From Candidatus Delongbacteria bacterium (GTDB lineage: Bacteria > CAIWAD01), in NCBI GenBank assembly GCA_963663545.1, contig OY760505.1, forward strand, positions 2,016,001 to 2,080,000: 64,000 bases of DNA. The letters are read 5' to 3'. The notes beneath the pieces are model-generated. The model made no database searches. It saw nothing but the letters and a program-made list of their open reading frames with translations, and was not told the DNA's origin. Positions 30,012 to 38,575 of the stretch are shown in pieces; within the stretch, counting starts at the first letter, position 1, and each line of letters starts with the position of its first letter. The position numbers were made by a program, and so were the translations under genes.

Positions 30012-30743
30012 ATGCGTGTGTTTATGTGTATCACAGCGCTGTGCGCACTCTTCTGTTCTGCCTGTCAGCACGATGAGGAAACCGATTCGTTGCGATGGGA
30101 GCTGGCTGGCGAGTATCATATCACTGTTCCGGAGCCCTCCGGTCTGTGTCTGGATCAAGATGGTCAGCATCTATGGACCGTGAGCGACCATACCGGTCTT
30201 GTTTACCGTCTAAACCTTGACGGCAGTATCGAGCGCACACTGACCTGGGTTGGCGAAGACCTGGAGGGCGTGGCGTTGGATCCGCGTGACGGTAGTCTTT
30301 GGGTTTGCGAGGAGCGTCGTCGCCAGGTGATACACGTCAGCCGCGAGGGCACGGAGTTAGCGCGCTACAGCATGGACCTGCCGGGCGCGGCGAATTCCGG
30401 TATAGAAGGCATAGCATTGGATAGTGATGGTCGATGCTATATCTGCAGCGAGAAGCAACCGGGCCGTATTATGCGTTGGGTGCCTGGTGAGGCGGAAATG
30501 GAAAGCTGGGAGCCTGGGCTTCTGCGCGACTACTCGGGGCTCACAATTGCCGATGATGGCGGCCTGTGGGTGCTGAGTGACGAGTCGGAGCGCCTGGTAC
30601 TGCTTCGTGATACAAATCGGGTAGAGGCGGTAGTGGAGCTGAATCTGCCCACTCTTGAGGGAGTTGCTGTCAGCGGGAACGAGATGTGGTTGGTGGCTGA
30701 CGCAACATCGCGCATGTATCACATTCGATTGCTTGAGAACTGA
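30012..30743 (+). CDS. SdiA-regulated / YjiK-like beta-propeller lipoprotein
   Basis: Lipobox CSAC. Blade motifs EPSGL, LWTVSD, DLEGVA, NSGIEGIA, LWVLSDES. Confidence 0.75.
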   Translation: MRVFMCITALCALFCSACQHDEETDSLRWELAGEYHITVPEPSGLCLDQDGQHLWTVSDHTGLVYRLNLDGSIERTLTWVGEDLEGVALDPRDGSLWVCEERRRQVIHVSREGTELARYSMDLPGAANSGIEGIALDSDGRCYICSEKQPGRIMRWVPGEAEMESWEPGLLRDYSGLTIADDGGLWVLSDESERLVLLRDTNRVEAVVELNLPTLEGVAVSGNEMWLVADATSRMYHIRLLEN

Positions 30744-30773
30744 AACGTCGAGACTTTTGGAAAGGTTGGGACA

Positions 30774-31562
30774 ATGAAGAAGATGATTTTTGGAGCCGCA
30801 TTACTGGCGCTATCGGCGATGCCTTTGGTCGCGCAGACTTTGATGATCAATGAGTTCATGGCCGACAACGACAACATCATTCAGGACGATGCCGGCGATT
30901 TTGACGATTGGGTTGAGTTGTACAACTACGGCGATGAGGCGGTGGACATTGCGGGGTTGTGGTTCACTGACGGCGAAGAAGATCCCTGGCAGATTCCGTC
31001 CGGCAGCCCGGAGGTTACCACCGTTCAACCCCTGGGATTTATCCTGGTCTGGTTCGACAAAGACACAGAGCAGGGTCCGCTTCACGTAGATGCCAAACTG
31101 GCTCGCGAGGGTGAGTCCATTGTCATCTATCAGGAAGACGGCACGACAATTCTTACCGACTATGATTTCGAAGAGCAGGAAACCGATGTCTCCGAGGGGC
31201 GTGAGACGGATGGCGGGGAGGATTGGGTGCGCTTTGCAGAACCTACTCCGGGAGCCAGCAACGATGGAAACGCCGTATCACACCAATTGCAGCCTGTGAC
31301 ACATTCGCTACTGGCACTCTATCCCAATCCCTGCAATCCTTCGGCTACCATCGAGCTGAATCTTACTGAGGCGGGCCTTGCCACTATTCGGGTCTATGAT
31401 CTAGGCGGTCGCTTGCGCCAGCGCAAAGACCTGGGATACTTGGGCGTTGGTGTGTATCACACTCAGCTGCATCTCGGGGACGCCCTTCCCAGTGGTAATT
31501 ATCTGGTGGACGTCGCCATAGGCGCGTATCACCTGAACAGCAGATTGGTTCTATTGCGATAG
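30774..31562 (+). CDS. Secreted lamin-tail-domain protein with a T9SS-type-A-like C-terminal domain
   Basis: Signal peptide, INEFMADN...DWVELYN...PTPGASN, then LYPNPCNP...PSGNYLV...RLVLLR. Confidence 0.85.
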   Translation: MKKMIFGAALLALSAMPLVAQTLMINEFMADNDNIIQDDAGDFDDWVELYNYGDEAVDIAGLWFTDGEEDPWQIPSGSPEVTTVQPLGFILVWFDKDTEQGPLHVDAKLAREGESIVIYQEDGTTILTDYDFEEQETDVSEGRETDGGEDWVRFAEPTPGASNDGNAVSHQLQPVTHSLLALYPNPCNPSATIELNLTEAGLATIRVYDLGGRLRQRKDLGYLGVGVYHTQLHLGDALPSGNYLVDVAIGAYHLNSRLVLLR

Positions 31563-31592
31563 CGCGTTTGAGACGAAAAGAAGGAGACTCCC

Positions 31593-34500
31593 ATGCGCAA
31601 GCTGATGACCCTAAGCCTGCTTTTGTGCTCCACAACGGCTGTGCTGGCCGATGTGGTGATCAATGAGTTGTACTACAATCCGCCCACCTCGCAGGGCGAC
31701 GACGCCTATTATGAGTATTTGGAGTTGTACAACAGCGGTGATAGCGCGGTGGATATGTCCTCTTGGGCATTTACCACGGGTATCGAGCACACTTTCGCTA
31801 GCGGCACAAGCATTGCCGCTGGTGAGTTTCTCGTCCTGGCGCAGAACGCGGACTCGGTGATGAGTTTCTACGGCATCAGCGGTGTGATACAGTGGGATAG
31901 CGGCGGAATCAACAACAGTGGCGAGACACTCACTCTAGTAGACGACCTGGCAAATGAGATGGACAGTGTTACCTACGATGACGCATCGCCCTGGCCTACT
32001 TCTCCCGATGGGAGTGGCCCCAGTCTTGAGTTGATCCATCCTTCATTGAACAATGGTGCGGCCGAATCCTGGGCTGCTTCCATCGTGGATCTGGGAACAC
32101 CTGGTGCGCAGAACTCCGTCTATGCCGAACCCGGTGGCGCACCGGTGATCAGTGAACTGACCATGAGCCCCGACTCGCCGATGCCCGGTGAGGCTGTTAG
32201 CGTCTCTTGTGATGTGACAGACGAGGGCAGCGTAACACAAGTCCTGCTGGAGTGGAGCCTGAACGGTGTGACACAAGCTCCAATCAGCATGAGTGAGCAG
32301 CGCGCGGCTTATACTGGTCAGATTCCGGCTCAGGCAGCAGGTAGCAGTATCGAGCTCTTCGTTCGTGCTACGGATAACGATAGTAACGAGACGCTTTCCG
32401 ACACACTGAGCTACAACGTGTGTGACGAAGCTGCCGGTATTGTGATCAATGAAATCTTCTACAATCCTTCTACGGCTCAGGGCGCAGACGAGGATTTCGA
32501 GTTCATCGAGCTCTACAATCCGACGGGTGCCAGTGTCGACCTGAGCGGCTGGAGCTTTACTGCTGGAATCGAGCACGTGTTTGCTGCCGGGACCAGCATT
32601 GATGACGGCGAGTTTCTGGTACTCGCGCAGAACGCAGACTCCGTGATGAGCTACTACGGTATCAGCGGTGTGATACAGTGGGATAGTGGCGCCATCTCCA
32701 ACGGCGGTGAGCAGCTGCAGCTGGTGAATGCCTGCGGTTCAGTGGCCGACGATTTGAGTTACGAAGATGGCGGCGACTGGCCCATCGAGGCCGACGGTTA
32801 TGGTCCCAGCCTAGAGCTCTACAATCCATTGCTGGATAACGCGATAGCTGGCAATTGGACTGTTTCGCTAGTCGATGGGGGCACACCGGGCGCGATCAAC
32901 AGCATCTTCCAGAACGACGCCCCGCCACTTCTGGAGAACATGAGTTTCGCCCCGCAGTCGCCGACATCGAGTGACGCACTGGTACTCGACATCGACGCCA
33001 CCGACGACCAAGGTATCGTATCCGTCATGGCTTGGATCGATAATGGCAGCGGTTTCAGCGCCTATCCCATGAGCCAGGTGCGCTCTACCTGGACCCTAAG
33101 TACAGGCCCCTGGGCCGATGGTGATCTGCTGGAGATCTATTTCGTGGCCGAGGACACCGGCGCCAATTCCACTCGGTATCCGGACAGCGACAACCTCTTC
33201 ATTCGCATTGAGGACAATCCCGTGGTCGATGGCGACATCGTCATCAACGAGATCAAGAGTGGCGACGATTGCTTCGGCGGCACAGACTGGTTTGAGTTGG
33301 TAAACACCATTGGCGAGAGCGTCGATTTGTCCCATTGGATCCTGAAGGACGACGATGACGCGCACTCCTTTGTGCTGCCCGCTGGCACTACGCTGGGCGC
33401 GGGTGAGTACCTGGTCATTGCCGAGGATGCCCTTGCCACCGGCAGTGATTACGGTATCACGAACATTCTGGGCGATCTCAGCTTCGGCCTGTCCCAGAGC
33501 GGCGACGCGGTGCGTGTCTTCAATGTCAATGGTGTGCTCATTGACGAAGTGTGGTACGATGTCGTGGCGCCCTGGCCGCTGCCGCCCGCAGGCCAGACCA
33601 ACAGCTTGAGCCTGATCAATCCCGCACTGGACAACAATCAGGGGGCAAGCTGGCAGGCAAGCGCCACGCCGTGCGGCACTCCCGGAGCCGCCAACAACAG
33701 CGATACCTATGCGCCCAACATGATCGCCTGGGGTGCTGTGGCTCCCACCGACATCCTCATCGGCTTCGACGAGGACCTTGGTGCAGCCTGCATTCCCACT
33801 GTCGGCAATTATCTGCTGGACGGTGTTCCCGCAGCGTCGGCCATTCAGTACACGCACACAGAGGTACAGATCACCTTCAACGTGAACATGGGCAGCGGTT
33901 TTGTAGGCACACTTGAGGTCAGCGGTGTTTGCGACGAGGCTGGAAATCCAATGGAGCCACGAACGGTGACCATCAACGTGGTGCCTTCCGGTGCGCTCAT
34001 CATCACCGAGATCCATCAGAATCCCGCCGCCGTTTCTGACGATTTCGGCGAGTTCTTCGAGATCTACAACTGGACGGCGCAGGACATCAACTTGAAGGGT
34101 GTCGAGCTGTACGATCTGGGCAGCGACTATGTGCTTCTGGAGGAAGTGTTGGTTCCCGCGCATGCCTACTTCGTCTTTGGCCAGAACGGTGATCCCGCCC
34201 TCAATGGAGGCCTGACGGTGGACTATGTGTACGGCAACGCTTTTACGCTGGGCAACGGCGACGACGAAATTGTGCTGCGTGCTGGCTACAACATGATCGA
34301 CCAACTGGCCTACGACGGCGGCAGCGAGTGGCCCGACCCCAATGGCATTTCGATGGAGTTGATTGAGCCTTTCTTGGATAACAACCTCGGTGCGAACTGG
34401 GTTGAAAGCACTCTTAGCTATGGCGCTGGTGATCTGGGAACGCCGGGCGCTCCCAACTCTACGATGCTTATTGACGCGCCGCAGATAGAGATTACGCTCT

Positions 34501-34688
34501 CAGGACAGGATGTGCTGCTAAACTGGGAAGCCGTTAGCGGTGCCAGCGCCTACGCTGTGTATGTGACCGACTCGCCCTACAACGGCACCTGGACGCTACT
34601 GGCGTCAACGGCGGAGACGAGCTATACCGATGTTAATGCGGTTTCGAATTCCGGCCACTACTACCAAGTATTGAGTGTTGTTGAATAA
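31593..34688 (+). CDS. Secreted protein with four lamin-tail domains, Ig-like spacers and a C-terminal Fn3-like domain
   Basis: AGGAG SD, signal peptide, four (V/I)I(N/T)E...E(L/I)...GTPGA.N units, C-terminal W..VSGA..Y.VY...YYQV. Confidence 0.85.
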   Translation: MRKLMTLSLLLCSTTAVLADVVINELYYNPPTSQGDDAYYEYLELYNSGDSAVDMSSWAFTTGIEHTFASGTSIAAGEFLVLAQNADSVMSFYGISGVIQWDSGGINNSGETLTLVDDLANEMDSVTYDDASPWPTSPDGSGPSLELIHPSLNNGAAESWAASIVDLGTPGAQNSVYAEPGGAPVISELTMSPDSPMPGEAVSVSCDVTDEGSVTQVLLEWSLNGVTQAPISMSEQRAAYTGQIPAQAAGSSIELFVRATDNDSNETLSDTLSYNVCDEAAGIVINEIFYNPSTAQGADEDFEFIELYNPTGASVDLSGWSFTAGIEHVFAAGTSIDDGEFLVLAQNADSVMSYYGISGVIQWDSGAISNGGEQLQLVNACGSVADDLSYEDGGDWPIEADGYGPSLELYNPLLDNAIAGNWTVSLVDGGTPGAINSIFQNDAPPLLENMSFAPQSPTSSDALVLDIDATDDQGIVSVMAWIDNGSGFSAYPMSQVRSTWTLSTGPWADGDLLEIYFVAEDTGANSTRYPDSDNLFIRIEDNPVVDGDIVINEIKSGDDCFGGTDWFELVNTIGESVDLSHWILKDDDDAHSFVLPAGTTLGAGEYLVIAEDALATGSDYGITNILGDLSFGLSQSGDAVRVFNVNGVLIDEVWYDVVAPWPLPPAGQTNSLSLINPALDNNQGASWQASATPCGTPGAANNSDTYAPNMIAWGAVAPTDILIGFDEDLGAACIPTVGNYLLDGVPAASAIQYTHTEVQITFNVNMGSGFVGTLEVSGVCDEAGNPMEPRTVTINVVPSGALIITEIHQNPAAVSDDFGEFFEIYNWTAQDINLKGVELYDLGSDYVLLEEVLVPAHAYFVFGQNGDPALNGGLTVDYVYGNAFTLGNGDDEIVLRAGYNMIDQLAYDGGSEWPDPNGISMELIEPFLDNNLGANWVESTLSYGAGDLGTPGAPNSTMLIDAPQIEITLSGQDVLLNWEAVSGASAYAVYVTDSPYNGTWTLLASTAETSYTDVNAVSNSGHYYQVLSVVE

Positions 34689-34710
34689 TCCTTTATCGGT
34701 ATCTGTGCGG

Positions 34711-34740
34711 AAGCCGGCTCCTTGGGTCGGCTTTTTTTTT
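34711..34740 (+). terminator. Rho-independent terminator
   Basis: AAGCCGGCTC-cttg-GGTCGGCTT-type hairpin ending in a run of 9 T. Confidence 0.85.
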
Positions 34741-34947
34741 GCCCAATCAAGCCAAGAGAGCGTAACGATGTTTTTCGCTTGCATAGTTGAGTAGCTTTGT
34801 TAGCTTCGCCGTGTCATAGTTTGCACAGGATCAAAGCCGGCGACTGCGCTTTGAGGGGTGTTAGAATCGGTCGTCTTCTGGTATGTTCGTGCCCTGCTCC
34901 TGGCCTGTGACGCGCAGTGTTGGTTGGTTCAAATCAGAGGAAACATC

Positions 34948-37254
34948 ATGCGCGAACTATTGTGCTCACTGGGCCTGTTCATCCTTGGCTCTTCCCTTAA
35001 CGCGGCTGTGGTGATCAACGAGATCCACTACAATCCATCGGGCGATCAGGGCGATGACAGCTACTACGAGTTCCTGGAACTGTACAACACGGAGGCCAGC
35101 CAGGTGGATCTTTCCGGCTGGGCCTTCACATCCGGCATCGACCTCTCTTTTGCGGCAGGGACGGTGATTGACGGCAACGGCTATCTGGTGCTGGCTCAGG
35201 ACGCGGCCAGCGTTGAGGCCTGGTACACGCTTAGCGACGTGATACAATGGGACGGCGGTGGACTTTCCAACAGCGGTGAGACACTGACATTGGTAGACGC
35301 GACCACAACCACGGTGGACGAGGTTGCCTTTGACGACGGCGGCGATTGGCCGGGCGAGCCCGACGGCGACGGTCCTTCGGCGGAGTTGACCAATCCTGCG
35401 CTGGACAATGGCGAGGGAGCCAATTGGAGCAGCTCGCTTGCGCTAGGGGGCACACCCGGTGCGCAGAATTCCGTCTACCAAAGCGACTCGCCGCCCAGCT
35501 TGAGCGATCTGACGCTTAGTCCGCAGGCGCCAGCCTCGACCACTTCGGTGCTGTTTCAGATTGTCGCCAGCGATGACAATAGCGTGAGCGGAGTCAGCCT
35601 GTGGCTGGACGAGGGCGCGGGTTTCAGCGAGATCGCCATGACCGAAACGGCTGGCCTTTGGGAGACGACCCGGGGCCCCTGGAGCGATGGTACGCTGCTA
35701 GGATACTACTTCGTCGCCGAGGACAACGCAGGCAACCAGACCACCTGGCCGGACGATCGCACGCTCTACATGCTGGTGGACGACAACCCTGCCCAGGAAG
35801 GCGATGTGGTGATCAATGAGATCAAGAGCGGCGACGACTGCTTCACCGGTTACGACTGGTTTGAGCTGATCAACACAAGTGCGAGCCAGATCGACCTTTC
35901 CCACTGGATTGTGCGCGACGATGACGACGACCACTACTTCCTGTTGCCCGCGGGTACGCTACTACCGGCTGGTGGCTACCTTGTGGTTGCCGAAGATGCC
36001 GCAGCCGTAGTCACCGATTACGTCATCAGCGACGTGATCGGCGACCTGCCCTTTGGCCTTTCGCAGAGCGGTGACGCGGTGCGCGTTTACAATGCCAACG
36101 ATGTGCTGCTAGATGAAGTCTGGTACGAGATCGAGTCGCCCTGGCCCTTGCCTCCGGTGGGACAGGTGGCCAGCTTGAGCCTGATCGACCCTGCGTTGGA
36201 CAACAACCTGGGCGAGAACTGGCAAGCCAGCGGTACGCCCTGCGGCACGCCTGGCAGCAGCAATGCCGTGGACACGGTTGGTCCCGAAATGACGGGCTGG
36301 GCCATGCTGAGCCTGACGGAGCTTCAACTGGACTTCAACGAGGAGTTGGACGCCACCAGTGCAGCAACAACGGCATACTATTCGCTGGGCGGTGTAGCGC
36401 CGCTTTCTGTGATACAATTCGAATCCGCTTCTGTGATCCTCACCTTTGCGGCTGACATCCCCGAGGGCTTTGTGGGCGAGCTGGCGGTCAGCGGAGTGAT
36501 GGATGCTGCGGGCAACGAAATGGATCCGGGCAGCCTGGTGATCAATGTGATACACGTGGGCAGCCTGGTGATCAACGAAGTGCATCAGAACCCGGACATG
36601 GTGCCCGACGAACTGGGCGAGTTCTTCGAGCTCTACAACGCCTCTGATGTCGAGCTGAACCTGCGCGGAGTGGCGCTCTACGATCTGGGGACGGACTATC
36701 TGGTGCTTGAGGCCATGCCCATTGCTCCCGGCGACTATCTTGTGCTGGGGCGCGAGGGAGACACGGCGCAAAATGGCGGTGTCACGGTGGACTACGTCTA
36801 TGGAAGCGCATTTACGCTGGGCAATGGCGCGGACGAAATCGTCCTGCAGATCGGCTACCTCATCCTTGACGAGATCGACTATGATGGCGGCTCTTCGTGG
36901 CCCGATCCGACGGGTGCATCCATGGAGCTTATCTCTCCCGAGCTTGAGAATAATCTGGGCTCCAATTGGTTTGTCAGCACTACGCCCTACGGCCTTGGCG
37001 ACTTGGGAACGCCCGGAGCGCCCAATACCAGCGCGATCGTCGCTCCCGAGATTCACATTGCGATGAGTGGTCAGGATGCTGTGCTCAGTTGGAACGAAAT
37101 CACCGGCGCCACCGGCTACGCGATCTACTACAGCGAAAATGCATACGGTACGAGCTGGAGCCTGCTGGCCACTTCCACCAGCAACAGCTTTACGGATGTG
37201 GACGCGATGAGCGCAACGCTGCGCTACTACAAAGTTGTCAGTCTGATCGAGTAA
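34948..37254 (+). CDS. Secreted protein with three lamin-tail domains; tandem paralogue of 31593..34688
   Basis: Colinear with the last three LTD modules of the upstream gene (e.g. INEIKSGDDCF, FGLSQSGDAVRV, GNG.DEIVL) and has the same C-terminal domain. Confidence 0.85.
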   Translation: MRELLCSLGLFILGSSLNAAVVINEIHYNPSGDQGDDSYYEFLELYNTEASQVDLSGWAFTSGIDLSFAAGTVIDGNGYLVLAQDAASVEAWYTLSDVIQWDGGGLSNSGETLTLVDATTTTVDEVAFDDGGDWPGEPDGDGPSAELTNPALDNGEGANWSSSLALGGTPGAQNSVYQSDSPPSLSDLTLSPQAPASTTSVLFQIVASDDNSVSGVSLWLDEGAGFSEIAMTETAGLWETTRGPWSDGTLLGYYFVAEDNAGNQTTWPDDRTLYMLVDDNPAQEGDVVINEIKSGDDCFTGYDWFELINTSASQIDLSHWIVRDDDDDHYFLLPAGTLLPAGGYLVVAEDAAAVVTDYVISDVIGDLPFGLSQSGDAVRVYNANDVLLDEVWYEIESPWPLPPVGQVASLSLIDPALDNNLGENWQASGTPCGTPGSSNAVDTVGPEMTGWAMLSLTELQLDFNEELDATSAATTAYYSLGGVAPLSVIQFESASVILTFAADIPEGFVGELAVSGVMDAAGNEMDPGSLVINVIHVGSLVINEVHQNPDMVPDELGEFFELYNASDVELNLRGVALYDLGTDYLVLEAMPIAPGDYLVLGREGDTAQNGGVTVDYVYGSAFTLGNGADEIVLQIGYLILDEIDYDGGSSWPDPTGASMELISPELENNLGSNWFVSTTPYGLGDLGTPGAPNTSAIVAPEIHIAMSGQDAVLSWNEITGATGYAIYYSENAYGTSWSLLATSTSNSFTDVDAMSATLRYYKVVSLIE

Positions 37255-37278
37255 TCCGCCGTTCAGCAAAGCACTTCC

Positions 37279-37308
37279 GGGGCCGATCCGTTTTGGGTCG
37301 GCCCTTTT
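37279..37308 (+). terminator. Rho-independent terminator
   Basis: GGGCCGATCC-gtttt-GGGTCGGCCC followed by TTTT. Confidence 0.8.
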
Positions 37309-37373
37309 CAATACTACTTGCATCAATGCCGATAGACGCCTGGAAACCGAACTCTGGCCCCGCAGGAGCATGC

Positions 37374-38504
37374 ATGGACTCGCGCTTACCCCGAATTCTC
37401 TTTGTTGACGACGAACAGCACATCCTGAATGGAATCAAACGTATGCTGCGCGATCACAGCGACAAGTGGTCGTGCGAATACGTAACCAGTGCGTCGCTGG
37501 CGCGTGAGGCTATGGCCAGGGAGAGCTTCGATCTGGTGGTGCTGGACATGATGATGCCGGGGGAGAACGGACTGAGCCTGCTCAAGGACATCAAAGCCGA
37601 GGGGCGCGAGGATAGCCCCGAAGTGATTTTTCTGACGGGTATGCAAGAGGAAACGCTGAAACGCGAGACCCTCCAGCTGGGCGCCTTGGACTTGATGACC
37701 AAGCCGATTCAGCGGGACGATCTTGTAGCACGAATCTGCAGTTTGCTACGCGTCAAACGGCTGCGGGACAAGTTGCGCATGCAGCGCGATGACCTGGAGC
37801 GGCAGCTGATTCGTAGCCAGCAGATGGAATTGATTGGCACCATGTCTTCGGGTGCCATTCACGATTTGCGCAATGTGCTGGGCACCATCAGCGGCCACAG
37901 CGAACTCTTCCGCGCCAAGTTGCCGGCGGACTCTGTGCTGCAGCAGGATATCGAGACCATCATCAAGGCGGTCAGTCGCGGAACCAAACTGCTGGAGCAG
38001 ATACTGGGCATCGTGCGTAGCAGGCCGCAGGCCAACGCTTTCTGCAACCTGACGGATACCATCAACGAGTGCCTGGAAATGCTTAAGCCCATGGTGCCGC
38101 GAACTGTGTCGATCAGCTGGTTTCCGCCCGAGGAGCGAATCGAGGTGGACATGGATTCCATCGAGCTCTTCCAGGTGGTAATGAATCTGTGCATCAATGC
38201 GATGCAGGCAATGGAAAAGAATGGACAGATATTGCTGGAAAGCTGGTCTTCCTCCATCGAGTTCGGCACAGGCTTCGCTGAATTGCAGGTGAGGGACAAT
38301 GGTCCCGGCATGACCAGACAAGTGATGGAGCGCATTTTTGAGCCAGCCTTTACCACAAAGCAGGAGTCAGGCGGCAGCGGCTTGGGCCTGAGCGTGGTAC
38401 ACCGCATTATCAGCAATCGCGGCGGAAAGATTCGCGTGGACAGCGAGCCGGGGTCCGGAGCCAGTTTCCGTTTGATACTGCCTTTGCATGGCAAGCGCAA
38501 CTAG
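37374..38504 (+). CDS. Hybrid response regulator-histidine kinase (REC-HisKA-HATPase)
   Basis: AGGAG SD. REC ILFVDDE...LDMMMP...KP, H-box AIHDLRN, NLCINA, DNGPGM, GSGLGL. Confidence 0.9.
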   Translation: MDSRLPRILFVDDEQHILNGIKRMLRDHSDKWSCEYVTSASLAREAMARESFDLVVLDMMMPGENGLSLLKDIKAEGREDSPEVIFLTGMQEETLKRETLQLGALDLMTKPIQRDDLVARICSLLRVKRLRDKLRMQRDDLERQLIRSQQMELIGTMSSGAIHDLRNVLGTISGHSELFRAKLPADSVLQQDIETIIKAVSRGTKLLEQILGIVRSRPQANAFCNLTDTINECLEMLKPMVPRTVSISWFPPEERIEVDMDSIELFQVVMNLCINAMQAMEKNGQILLESWSSSIEFGTGFAELQVRDNGPGMTRQVMERIFEPAFTTKQESGGSGLGLSVVHRIISNRGGKIRVDSEPGSGASFRLILPLHGKRN

Positions 38505-38529
38505 AAAACGCCAGTTAGCTCTGTGATAC

Positions 38530-38555
38530 AAAAAGGGCCGCTAAATGCGGCCCTT
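38530..38555. terminator. Terminator between convergent genes, flanked by two TGTGATACA copies
   Basis: AAAAAGGGCCGC-taaat-GCGGCCCTT between stops at 38504 (+) and 38576 (-). Confidence 0.8.
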
Positions 38556-38575
38556 GTGATACATGGTCGATGTGG

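Noticed and set aside
36966..37373. N-terminal extension of the REC-kinase ORF, and similar upstream extensions at 15612, 27850, 29871, 34858, 45109 and 54640
   Set aside because: They overlap neighbouring genes, terminators or promoter regions. Downstream starts with SD sequences or domain boundaries fit better.
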